A stretch of 43,915 bases of DNA from Streblomastix strix (taxonomy: Eukaryota): NCBI GenBank assembly GCA_008636045.1, contig SNRW01000015.1:1-43915 (forward strand), in the 5' to 3' direction. The position numbers and the translations under genes were made by a program. The stretch's first letter is position 1; each line of letters begins with the position of its first letter. Under the pieces are notes generated by a model. That model ran no database searches, was not told where the DNA came from, and worked only from the letters and a program-made list of their open reading frames with translations. This document shows, in pieces, positions 1 to 12,800 of this stretch.

Positions 1-1731
1 TCTTGGATTTCACTTTTAAAATATTTTCACACCACTACTAAATAAATGATATATTCTATTAAAATTGTCTTATCATTTACTAAATGGTTTACTATTCTTT
101 AATTTTCTGAAATCTGAAGTTAAATGAGAAAAATACAAAAAAAAAAGAGAGATAGAATGAAAAAACAAAGTAAATAAAAGAATAAAAAAAAATTCACGAA
201 TTGCTTAAATTTATTCATTTTGAAAGCAACATAAATCTTAATATCAATTTAGCAATTAATAAAAATAAAAATTGCACAATTCAATGAAAAATGTTACTTT
301 TTGGGGTATTCAAACAATAAATGGTGATTGAATGTCTAATTATCTTTCCAGACCACATTTTTGATAGAAATAGGTTCAATGTAACATTTTTGATTTATTA
401 TAGTTTACATATACTATGATGTAATATGCATCTTCTCCCACCACATCCAACTTACCAGGACACCTATAAGTGGAGAAAATGAACTTTTAATAAAAAAATG
501 ATAAAAATTATTCCAAAATTAATTTAATCAATTTTATTTCTAATATTTAAATTTAAGTTAGGATAAATTTTATTATTAAAAATAATAAATAAATACGGAA
601 AAATATGCAACAGAGAAAAAGTTAAAAATATCAAATTTGGAGCATGAAACTTTCAGCTGCATTTTCTTTTTTACTTGAAGGTGTTTTTGATTGATATTCC
701 AATTTTAGAATCGATACATATCATTATTATGATTTTTCCAAATATTGAATAACATGGCAATTAAACTATCACGTAGCAACAATTTTTTAAGCTAAATTTA
801 ATTTTCTCAATGATCAGATTACAAGATCAAATTTCATTATTATTTAAAAATTATTTTATTCATTTATCAGGTAATGATAAAGTTTAATTGAAGTTGCTGC
901 GCAGTTGTAGAGCAATTCTACTAAAAACATTATTTTTTTCATTATTTCCTAATTATTATCTCTTATAGTAATAATTTTAATTGAAATATTAAAATTTAAT
1001 TATTTATTTTATAATAATTTAAATATTCAACAAATTTGAATACACTTGGAATTGTGAATCGAACAATACATCGCTGAAAATTCAAGATCGGATAAATCTA
1101 TAGATTCGAGCAAGCATTATTTGTTATATTTTATTTTAATGTTAATTATATAAATAAAATGTTTATTACATTTTAATTTTATATTTAAAATAACAATTTA
1201 GAAAATTGAAGAAAGTGCAAACGCTAATTTATTTCTCTAGTGAATTACCAAGATGGATATTTTTATTAAATTATGACACCTCCATGAGAGTTTGAAATTG
1301 CAGTAATTGTGAAATTAAGATACATGAATAAATCTTTGTCAAAAATATCGAATTAACCAACTGTTAAAACTTAAATGTTCGAAGTTGATGTGCTTACATT
1401 GTCTAAATTTCTAATTATTCTTTGTGATGATGAATAAATGATTGTAAAGTTGCATAATAATAATGGTTTATCAACTACAAAGATTGCAGAAGAATATTTA
1501 TTAAAAATATCAATTATTGTATTTCAAAATTTACTTAAAAAATGAATTATTTGAATGAGAATGTAAACATTTCTTTAATAGATTATATTTCTCGAGATGC
1601 ATTTATTATTCTCCTATTTATAAAAAAAAGTAATATATTTATTGAAGATATGTAACTCAAGTAGAAATAAATCATGAAAATTAATAATAATAATATTAAA
1701 TAGATCATCAAATTATATTTAAAATTTTTTT

Positions 1732-1816
1732 TTAATAAATCTAGAACATATATAATAAATCTCCATTGTAGATTGGAATATAGTTAGACCTGAAATGGGT
1801 CGGATCTGACAAAACT
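1732..1816. repeat. DIRS 3' (right) ITR with terminal extension; mirror 42100-42184
   Basis: tataataaatctccattgtagattggaatatagttagacctgaaatgggtcggatctgacaaaact is an inverted near-copy of 6664-6730. Confidence 0.9.
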
Positions 1817-2062
1817 AATAACGATGTTTAAGGTAAAAAATAAGTGATGTGAGTAAAATTCGTTTTGGAGTTGAAAGATCGAAAACATCTCAGTACAAAC
1901 ATCACTACGCGCATTAATCGTTTTCCTCGTCTGTTTATATTTCCCTAAGATTCTCCAGTTCTGCTACGTCTTATGCGTAAGGAACTGAGACACCGAGCTA
2001 TTGGAGACTATTAAAAATAAAAGTATATGTAAGATAGTATTGTGTTTGTTTTAAAATAAATT

Positions 2063-2172
2063 CAATGGAGATTTATTATATATGTTCTGGGTATATTAAA
2101 AACTAAATCGTAAATTCTGGGTTTTATATAACCCAATCCATTATAATAAATCTCCATTGTTTATTGGAATAT
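2063..2172. repeat. DIRS internal complementary region (ICR); mirror 41744-41853
   Basis: 2063-2099 is inverted relative to the 1732 terminus and 2096-2172 is inverted relative to the 6775 terminus. The two halves join at a shared TTAA. Confidence 0.9.
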
Positions 2173-2206
2173 GTAGTCATTAGAAGAGGTAAGTATTTAT
2201 ATTAAA

Positions 2207-2432
2207 TTTGGGCTTATGAAATGATAATGTGAAGTGGCCCATGTATAATTTAGATATATTTTATAGATCTTTGGGCTAGTGAAGTGGATGTGTAGTGTGG
2301 CCCGTTAAATATTGATGCGTTTGGGCTTATGAAATGTGTTTATGAAATGGCCCATATATAGCTTATATTTATATTTATATATATTTGTATTTATTTGTTG
2401 GGCATTTGAAACGATATTGTGTTGTAGCCCAT
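2207..2432. repeat. Four 36-bp imperfect direct repeats, each GGGC-N23-GCCC, with variable AT-rich spacers; mirror 41484-41709
   Basis: Units at 2207-2242, 2270-2305, 2320-2355 and 2397-2432, e.g. tttgggcttatgaaatgataatgtgaagtggcccat. Confidence 0.85.
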
Positions 2433-2535
2433 TTAATGTCTAGTAAATTATATTTGCTGAATGGGACGAACGTACCATATCCAAGCCATTTTCGAAACAT
2501 GCCCAAGAAATGTATTTATTTTAAGTCTTATAATT

Positions 2536-3557
2536 TCATTTTTTTAATATAAAATATATAGTTTTCATTGAATTCATATACCTCTTTTCATTCAAGATCA
2601 GCATTGAAGCGAGATCTCGTTCTACAGGTCTATTATAATAGATATCGACTATATTAGATGCAATTGCATGTCGTGAGAATGCATTCACTTCGGCTTATGC
2701 TGCCCCTGCAGCTTTTAATTGTGTCATCATTGCGTGGTGAATAGTTGGTCCAGTGTATGGTGATATTATTCCAACTCTTCTAATAATTGTAGTTAATTGG
2801 CAGCTGCAATATTCAGAACTAGCTGGTGAATGTTTTGTATGACTGTACCATATTTGATCTTCAGTAATTCCATCAGTATTTCTTTATTGGATCCATTTCC
2901 TTAGTGTTTTAACTGGAGAACGGATGCCATTACGTTCTTCAAATGTAATTATGTGAATGATTTCTTACATTCCATTGCAAGTTTGAGTTTTGAGTGATAA
3001 GGAGTGCATATCATCAATCATCTCCGATTGTTTCATAAAAAACCAGTTCTTTCATACGATCTGCGCAAAAGTAAACTATCATAGACATTGCAATATGTTG
3101 AATATCTTCTGGTGTTGTTGCTGTATGAATATTGATGTAATTAAAGAGTATTTGGAGATTCCATATGGTTGGAAATCTGGGTTTTGATTGGATTGAAAGT
3201 CCGTATCCTTTGGAATAGGTTTTAACTAGTGATGAATTATTAATTTCATTCATTTGTGAGAATTGAGAGAGCACAACTCCGCAATGCATCTTCATATTCT
3301 TCATTCTTTGTTTAGAGTTTTGGCCCTCCATGTTCTTTATACCATGCTAGTGCATTAACTAGTTCATCATTAGGTTTATTACCCAGTAGAGTAGAAATGT
3401 TGATGTTGTTTTATTTCAAATAATTAGCGAGTGCAGTTAATCCAGCTCTTCATTTATCCACGTCTCTTGTTTAATGCCAGCAATCAATTAATCAATTGCA
3501 ACTGAGTCTAAATTTGTTAGTTCTGCGAGGTTTCTGTATAGTAGCTCTCCTTCATTG
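2536..3557 (-). pseudogene. DIRS tyrosine recombinase, frameshifted (left copy)
   Basis: Mirror of 40359-41380. Confidence 0.85.
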
Positions 3558-5439
3558 TATTTATCTTTATCATCTCATTGATTTCTAATAGTAGTTTTGT
3601 GAATTCTTTCATTGTCTTTGATTTAATTAAAACTTGATCTGATGGTCCTAATGTTACATAATTCTGAATTGGTGGGAACATTGTTCTGTATTTGAAGAAG
3701 CACCATCTTGGAAGTATCAATACTGCTTCTACTTGATCTCTAATCATCTTCTGAATTACTTTAGGAATGAGACCTATGGGAGGATGTAGGAGAAGTAACT
3801 CGTTAGTCCATGGAATATTCAATGCGTTTCTGGCGATTGTTTTGTTATCTTCTTAAGGTGAGCAATACCTTTTCAAAAACTAGTTTGTTTTATGGGCGAA
3901 TGCGTCCAGTGTAGGTTGGAAGTTGATTTTCTGAAGTGCTTCGTTAAGAAGAACTGGGTTGATCTGGTAATCTCCTATCCATGACTGGCGGCTCAATGCA
4001 TTTGCAGTCGAGTTCTCCAACCCAGGAAGATGTTCCGTGTAGATCATTATATCTAGATTATTAAGGAAAAAAAGTCTCTCTCACTAGATGTTGAATTGCT
4101 GATGCTGCTTTCCATTTACATATCACAAACTCCGTTGTTGTATTGTCCATCTTGAGAAGAATGCATTTCGTTTCCCAGTATATTAATGTTTGTTGTTGAC
4201 TTCTTAGCGAGATTAGAACCGCTTTTTATTCTCTCTAGTTAGTAAAATGAAGATGCCAAGAACCCTCCCGTTGGCCAACGTCTTATTTTTATTCGTTCGA
4301 ATCATCCAATGTCATGTCTCAGCTATCTTCGCTAGCATCTGTCGTCAGGTTTATGTTCGGGGTTCGATCTTTCAGTTGTCTTGGTCTAATTTGTTTAAAC
4401 AAGATAAGCATTGATTACAAATTTAACAAAATTTGTTTATTCAACTTCACTGATGCTTGCCATCCACCTTTGGCTACTGCTTTAGTTTTTAGGTTATTCA
4501 GAGAGTTCTTCCAAAGTGATATTTGGATGAATTGAAATCGAAGGTAATTAATATCTCCAATCAGAGATGATAAACTTCTAGTTGTCACAATTTATATTTA
4601 ATTTGTCATTTGGATCCAAGCTTTTAATTTTATCTTCAACTTTCTTCTTCTATTTAGTGTCATTGTTACCTCTATTGATGCAGTTTGTAATTATCAACCT
4701 ATATATTAGAAAGTCATCATGGGTATTAAAACACACTTATTATGTGAGAGGCGTCAGCCTAGGTTCTGTAGGAAGCGAAACACATCTTGTATTGTTTATT
4801 TCAAAGTGTCCATTGAATAATAGATTAAAATTATGTAATCCATATAGTGTTATATCTTAATTTCCTACTTTGTTCTGATTGCTCGTATCGCTATTGCTAG
4901 TGTTTTACTGAAGAAGAATGGGCTGAGAATCCATGCAAAAGAATGGCCGAGGTCTGTATAGCTTTTATTCTAAAATTTGAAGCCGAAAAATAGTTGTATG
5001 TTCGGTTGAACATGGGCATGGTGGAGAGCATCATTAAAATCTTAGAGTTTTGCATAATCTGATTGTTGGAGAATTTATATCAACGGTTCTGCACCATCCT
5101 TCTTGAAGTGAACATGTTTAGTAATGAAGTTGAATCTTCTGCAATCCAATATTTTCCTTAGTTTTCCATCCTTCCGAGGGACAATGAATGTTGGGTTATA
5201 AACCTGTATTGAATTTGTTTCCTTGATTATAACATTTTTGAGCTCATCGTTCAACTTACTTTGATATTACTGCTCCAAGATTAGATTACCTTTGAATTGA
5301 CATGGTTGTTTCATTTACTATAGCGGAAGAGGTGCTATTGGCGACATCAATTCCGGGGTGCTCCTTTTGTGATCATTTATTTGCCTCCGATCTTGTTCGA
5401 TTCCTTCAATCTCGTCATTAGTCTCTTTGAAACCGGCAC
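3517..5439 (-). pseudogene. DIRS reverse transcriptase-RNase H-methyltransferase-like ORF, disrupted (left copy)
   Basis: Mirror of 38477-40399. Confidence 0.9.
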
Positions 5440-5575
5440 ATTATTGAAATCTATCATCGTTCGAGGCATTATTCCCTCGTTCATTGTCTATTATTAGGTA
5501 TTTTCATAAGTCATCATCATTATTCTCGCTCTTGGAGTCATCATTCATTACTCCAGAGTCTTCCAATCGATCGAT

Positions 5576-6586
5576 TCATTCATGCATAGCTTGAGTAGCT
5601 ACAATTACATTAGATGATGTTGGTTAGTTAAGCAGTAAGCTCGTGAATTGAGATTGAATTTGATTTTATTATAAATTTGGGAACTAACTTGGTTATTAAA
5701 GTTGGTTATTGTAGTGATTGAGGTATAAAGAGACGATGCCTTATCGATTTCTTTTGAAACGACCACCTCTACCATGGCTCCATTAGCGAAAGTTGTTTGA
5801 ATTATTATTATACGGTTACTAGTTACTTGGTAATATAGAGCATTAATAGCTGAAAGGTTATGGTAATCTTAGTATCAAAATAATTAGTTGTTGATATTGC
5901 TACGTTTATCGGGATGTTGGAATTTATTGAATGGAGCTTTGAGGTTACTGAATCGAATTAGGAGTTGTTATTTATGATTCTTTAGGTAGTTCGATTAATT
6001 TGGCTGTTTTTGCTTGTTGCTTGAGTTTATCTTTTGATTTTTGACCAAGGACTTCGGAAACGCCTACATTTGGACCTAGACTGCATTCAAAATTGTCGGG
6101 CGCAAGGGCTTACTCTCGTCTCTACTAGGCTTTGCCTGCAATGATTCGATCATAGTGGTGTAATGTTAACATCCATTGCGTAGCTGATTCAAAGTCTCCA
6201 GTCGCCAAGCTTGTAATTGCAGTTGCAGCAGCTTTTTGACCGTCAACCGCTAATTTGCATATTTCTGCTTCGAATTCGGGGTCCGCTTCACCTACTCTTT
6301 CGATTGCGCCCTTTTTATTCACCTCCAGACCCAATGTTGACTATTTACGATCTTCAAGCGCTTCTAGTTCATATTTCGTTGCGCGTCTACCTGTTGTGTC
6401 CATATCAGCGACTTTCTCGTTGTAATACTGTTCTATTAAGAGCTTTGCAGAATTAATTTATTAGATTTAGTGTTCCTCTTCAGGAAGAAGAGCTGTTTGG
6501 TTTAGTTGACTCATTATGAAAGGTAGAACGGCATATTATTTCATTTGAGGGGTTTGGAGAGCGGCTGTAGGTTATTCCACTTACAT
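5576..6586 (-). pseudogene. DIRS ORF1, gag-like (left copy)
   Basis: Mirror of 37330-38340. Confidence 0.7.
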
Positions 6587-6663
6587 ATTGTTTTCAGGTT
6601 GTATATTAAGAGCAGGAGGATCGGCACCGGCCAATAAAATGTTGTATTAACCGAGTTATTTTG

Positions 6664-6775
6664 AGTTTTGTCAGAATCGACCAATTTCAGGTCTAACTAT
6701 ATTCCAATAAACAATGTAGATTTATTATAAAGGATTAGGTTATATAAAACCTAGAATTTATGATTGGGTTTTTAA
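6664..6775. repeat. DIRS 5' (left) ITR; mirror 37141-37252
   Basis: Inverted match to 1751-1816 and to the ICR half at 2096-2172. Confidence 0.9.
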
Positions 6776-7155
6776 TTAACAAAAAATTTTATATAATTTT
6801 TTATAATTTTATTTTTTTATTAGGCTTTAAAATAATTTATTTATATATTTAAAAATGACTTTTAAATTCTTATGTATTAGGTTAATATATAAGAAATATT
6901 AAAATACTCTTAGAAAGCCAGCGAAGTTTGAAAAATTTTATAGTTATCATTTCTTTTTTGTATTCATCCTTTATTTATTTTTAGATTTTTAATCAAAGAC
7001 ATAGTTTATCTTTATTATTGATTAATTTTCACTCATAAAACATAACATTGTAGCTTTCTTTATACTTTTTTCATCTAATCAACTTTTAATTAGTTAATTA
7101 CATCTATTCATTTGACTAATCTAGAATGAACCTTATATTGAGACTTACGATCAAA

Positions 7156-8521
7156 CATTTCAATTATTGCACAATTTGTTCTTTATTTATTCAAGAATCT
7201 TATCGTTAATCTTAAGTTTGTTATGACCAGCAACATTGAGTAGAAATGCTACTACCTTTGCACTTTCAACAATGTTAAAATGCGTTGATTGAATAGTCCA
7301 TAAGTAATTGACATATTTCTGAAGTTCCGTTTTAAGATTTTGATTGTGTTTCAAATCTTTTCATATAAAATATTTCTGATATTTGTTATCCATTTCTTCA
7401 TCTGAACTATGTTTCTACATCGAGCTATTTCCCCAATTTAAGAAAAATCTGTTTTCTTTTACATTTATCTAAGCCATTATTCTTTGATTTATATATCATT
7501 TGCTTTGATATTAGTTATAGTTTCTAGGATAATAATTGAAATTATCCTAGTTGATTCTGAAATTTGTAGGCTTCAAATGGTTCTAACTTTGGTTTCTAAA
7601 GTGAGAGTCGTGAAAACCTTCTTTATTCAATCTTTAAATTTCGAAATGAAATTATTTTGTGTATCTGAGAATATATCTACATTTTCAGATCTGCAAAATT
7701 TTCCAATTGTAACATTTTCTCGAACACGTTGAGCTTCTCATTTGATTTGTATTGATAATTTATTAACCTTTACTAGTTTTCCCATAAGTTCTTGTTGCTA
7801 GACTTTTGATGCCTTTAAGCATTATATCATGTAATACTTAAATTACTTGAGCTGACGACACGGTTGCAATATGAAACATTGGTTTTTCACTAAAAGATGA
7901 AGGAGACACTTTAAGTAGCTTCCACATCTTGTTTGCAAGTATCCAATGAGTCTCTTTATAAAGTATATATCGTCCCATTTTGATTATGTTAAAGATATGT
8001 GAATCAAAAGACTTAGCTTCGCAATTCACGAAACCTTCAAGTAACTGCAAAAGCTAAATTGTTGCAATTTGCTCATCTTTTGATTGAAATTTGACATATT
8101 TATTTCTTTACTCTTCAAATTCATCGGCTATTGATCTTATGACAACTGATGTGCGTTTTTTAGCTATCGCTTATGTGACATTCGGAGAAATTTCAGCATT
8201 TTGCTAAATTATTTCATTTTCATCGGTTCTAACCCTTTTGCGAGGAGACATTTTTGTCGCTGTTGATATATTTTCATTAATACTTTATAATCAGAAAGAG
8301 GAAGAAACATTTGAGCTGCTTTGATTGAGTTACATGCGCATTTTTTTCAACTATAGGTCAAATTGAACACGAAGCTCGATAGAATTCATGAAGTCATCTT
8401 CAATATCGACGAATTGCTGCTTTGGTATATCGTCATCGTCTTGTATACCGCATAAATGTTTAAAAAAATCTACTTTTATGTCATGACGCTTATTGAGAGT
8501 GCGCGGAGTCTCAGGTTCCTA
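7156..8521 (-). pseudogene. Decayed unassigned coding segment between the DIRS and the Polinton integrase (left copy)
   Basis: Mirror of 35395-36760. Confidence 0.45.
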
Positions 8522-8532
8522 ATCTGTCCTAT

Positions 8533-9301
8533 GAATTGAATTTATTACAGGCTATATTTATTTTGAAACGCAAGATTTGGCGTATCATTGTATATATTAA
8601 CAATTATATTCATTTATTATTCGTTGAAAATTAATTTAATTTATAACCAAACGCTTTCATTATTTTACGAATATCCAAATCGATTACTCAATTATGATTG
8701 GTTAATTTTTAAAAAGTGAAATATCCATTAATTTTATTCGATGAACAAAACAAAGCAAAATTCAAGCTATTAAATCCTTCTTCACCATCTCCACGAATAT
8801 TAATTATATAACAATTTTTAATTAATTTTTATAATTATCCAACTACTTATGCGGCTAATTTATCTATCAATGGATATGCCACTAAATATTTTGTTTTAAT
8901 GTTTATGCAAAATAGATACAAATTTGATTATCTTCTTTAATCTATTTCACTTTTTTTAAAGATAGCATCAACATATTTATCTTTGTTTTCTCGCAAGTCT
9001 TAATCTATTGAAAAGACTTTATCTATTTCCCAACTGCCCAACATTGTAGAGAAATAAAGTCGTTATAGTCTTTATAATGATTTTAATTTATAAACTTAAA
9101 CTGGTATATATTGTTTGTTTGTATAAATATTTTTATTTATTTTTCCAAACAATTTCAATTTTGTTTTGAAAGGAAAATAGGGCATATTTTCATTGTCGCA
9201 GCCTTAGACGGGTAAAGATGATTGGCTTGATGTCTAAATAGCTTATTAAGCGTCTTTTTCAATATATTTTTTTTGTATATTTTTTTATTTTGATTGTTCA
9301 T
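8533..9301 (-). pseudogene. Polinton retroviral-type (rve) integrase (left copy)
   Basis: Mirror of 34615-35383. Confidence 0.82.
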
Positions 9302-9667
9302 ATTACGATTAAACTGAAACATAATAATAGCACCAATATATCACTGTCCGCTTTTCAATAATTACTTCATCTGCCTTCTCTGCAATAACTTCGACTAATT
9401 TTTTCGTTGCAATTTTAAAGATATTTTTTATGAACTCAGATAGACTCATTTTATAATGAACTTTATATGCTTTATCATCGATATTTTTTTATGCTTCAAA
9501 TTCATATTTTTCTCTTTGAAACTATTCACCTGCAAAAGTACTACGGATATCCTCATATTAATTATTTTCGTTTTATATTTATTTCTCACAGAAATAAAAC
9601 AATTATAAGTATTAATGAAGATGCTAATGATACAATCAACCTTTAAACATTATTCAGTTTTATTTAC

Positions 9668-9764
9668 TTTTCACACTTCTGGCAGTATGGCAGGCTGGCA
9701 GCAGTTTTTGATAAAAGTTTCTAATTAAGAATAGTCTTAACATTCGGAAAACTTAAAAGTCATT
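9668..9764 (-). repeat. Intergenic phased-repeat module, copy A; mirror 34152-34248
   Basis: AATGACTTTT, degenerate 9-mers, AGAAACTTTTATCAAAAACTG, three TGCC at 8-nt period, then GAAGTGTGAAAA. Confidence 0.8.
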
Positions 9765-9813
9765 TGCTAGCCAATCCAATTTATCGCACTTATTCAATAC
9801 ATATTATTTGTGT

Positions 9814-12800
9814 TCATTATTTGTGCTCATCATTATTAAATATATAATTATCTGAACTCAATTGCTTCCCATTAGTATATAAGAATGAAGCACAACACTA
9901 ACATTCAAGTACAACCATATTATTATGAATCGATGTTAATCCAACTTTATTAATTTATATTTTTGACATTCATTCATTTCTTTAACCAAAAATATTATTT
10001 TGAGCATATATTATTCACAATATAATGATTATTTAAATGCTTCATCGTTTAGATGTTCATTTTATTTTAATATTACTCCTTTCAAACAAAAATTATAATC
10101 CTTTTCATACATATTAGGTATAGGATTATAATTGTAATATATTTTTGGAGCAAGAGCAATGCAAACCGTTCATTTTGCCCCATAACTGGCTCCCTATAAT
10201 TATCTATATTATCCGAAGAAAAGAAGATAATTTTCATCGAAAAAATTATAGTCCTTAATTACGTATTTAAATTTCTGTCTATATCCCTACTCTGCGCTAG
10301 GGTTGCCGCTGATGGATAATGTCATTGAATCTCTATTACCACAAATATAGTGCATCCTGTTCATATCGAATGCTTTAGCCATAAAATTAAAGATAAAATT
10401 TATATATTAATATTTGTCATTTTCAAATTCGAAATAAGCTGAGTGGAGGCAGTTGTTGCAGTTGCAGCTCTCAACTTTAAATTACTCAGCAAATAAATCA
10501 ACTGTTAATTGTTAGTCATTAAAGAATGACCCTTAGAGATGAGACAGCTTCGTCCTACCAGAGATCAATAATTTCATTTGCGAATATTTTTCTTAATTCA
10601 TCCCATCACTTCAATAGCTAGAGTTCATAGATAATTTATAGAATTATTATTTTTTCATTATTTTATTCATTTACTGCTTATTTCTGCTGATTTATAAATT
10701 CCTTAATAAATGGATAGAATCTGTAATGCTTTGGGAATGTTATAACACATTATTTATCGTCAATAATAAAATGAAAATCATCAATGAGAAGCTATAAATA
10801 ATAATTATTAAACGATATGAATTTTCCATGCTTTGATGATATATTTTTTTAATTTTCGTTCAATTTTGTCGAGCTATATATTATTTTTCGAAAGCAGATT
10901 ATGTATGTATGAATCTAATATTTTTTCATCGATCATCATATCTATGTTTCTTAAAATCTGAATAAAATTAATTAAATCATAAATATGCTATTCGTCAATG
11001 TGTCCTTTAACAATTGCGATAAATTACGGCATTCCTTCAACGTCATTTAATCGTAAAAGATTATAGGTTAAATTTCTAGATGTTTATTTATCAACAATTT
11101 TATCTAATATTTGACTTGCCGTGTATAATTTTTACCCGTATATTTAATGAACTTATGCGGCTCTGAGCTCATAACGCTGGAATATTAATAATTGAAATGT
11201 AGAGTTAAAAGATGCGCCGTTATGTCAACTGTGTCTTTATGGATGATTTTTCCATAAATAAATTTTAATTAATTTATTTTAGTTTCACCTGCAACATTAT
11301 ATCTATGTATGACTTACGATAATTCGCCAGTGATACTTTAATGTGAAATTTGATAAATTTCTTCATTTGTAATTATCATTGGAAGCAACTTCAACAGACA
11401 AAAATTCTTTAATTGTATTATTTATCTTGTTAAATTTTCATTTTTATTTGATTTAAATTTATTACCGAATAAGCTGCAAGATTTCACGTTAACTACAGAT
11501 TGGTCCCTATCGTAGTTAATTCTATCTAATGTCTGATGGAATTTTGATTGTGTATCGTGCCACACATATATGGAATCCTATCGATAAGAATAATTTTCGG
11601 AATAATGTATAATCTGATTCCTTGTTGTAGTTGCGTGTGTCTCTATTTCTTTTTTTATTTTATTCCGAAAATTTTTAAACTTTTTTGTTCCAATAATGTT
11701 ATATTAGTACGAATGAAGCAAAATCATCTTTTAGCGTGTAATCTTAATCCAATTTGAAGTTACTATAAGCAAGAGCATATTTGATAGCGTTAGCGCATGC
11801 TGTCATCGATATAAACTGCAACATGTCAAATTTAAAAATTGAAGAATATACCAATTAAATAATAAAGATGCTGAATTAATAAGCGAGTATCTTCAAGGTT
11901 ATTGTGTCGAAGGTAGTCCCATCTGTTCGAAAATTTGTAAGCAATAATTAAATAAATTTTATATTTTTCTTGACTTATATTTTTATTTTTAATTGTGTTA
12001 TTAAACGTTTCAATCCGATAACGCTCTGATTTATCGATTCCTTAAAAATAATTATCGTAATTGATGAATTTACTTTGAAATTTTAACTTAGTTGGAATTT
12101 CTGAAGCTGCTTTTGGAGTGAAATCTTTTTTTAAATAATTTTATTTTCATTTTTGTACAATATATCATCGCATCGACAAATCGCAATTTGTTTCTTGTGA
12201 TTTTATGTTTATCAATGATTTATTTAGCTTTTGAACCACAAACAAGATATTTAGTTATTTACCATTCATCGCGTTATAAATTTTTAAGAGTTAAAGCAAC
12301 ATTAAATTTTGAAGAATTAAAGCCAATTTCTGGAACATCGCAATGTTATGGTATCATCTCATCATCATACTTGTTTGAATCATTAATATTTCTTGCTACC
12401 TTAGAAAATTATTTTATCCATATATATTAATCAAGTTATGGTTCGTATTTCAAAATAAATCGAATAAACATAATCATCAGAAGCTACATCAGCAACTTCG
12501 ATTTATTTCTTTTCAATTTTTAACGCACTTGCGTTCGAAAGCGGTTAAAGTATTGATATTTGCGTTGACTTATCACCAAATTTTACATTTGCGATTATTT
12601 TAATGGTTTTAATTTCATATGTTATTTAATATTTGGTTAGTTTAAATTCATCCTCTTAACCACGTGCCAGATAACACTTAAAGCTAACATTATTCGATAT
12701 ATGAGGAAAATATAGCTATGGAAATCTTTTTAAATAAACTTTTTCTATTATCTTTGCTCCATTTTTTTAATATTTTTATATATGCCTTTTAAGCTTATAT

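Larger units (their letters stand above)
1732..6775 (-). mobile_element. DIRS1-like tyrosine-recombinase retrotransposon, full-length but decayed (left-arm copy)
   Basis: Mirror of 37141-42184. Has non-identical ITRs, an ICR, and gag / RT-RNaseH-MT / YR frames. Confidence 0.93.

Noticed and set aside
1..1731. Possible degraded intron-containing host gene on the minus strand (mirror frames near 42430-42730)
   Set aside because: The open stretches are short, carry no recognisable motif, and exon boundaries cannot be supported by eye.
2207..2432. CRISPR array (36-bp repeats with palindromic ends and unique spacers)
   Set aside because: The repeats are too divergent, spacer lengths range from 14 to 41 bp, no cas genes are present, and the context is a eukaryotic retrotransposon.
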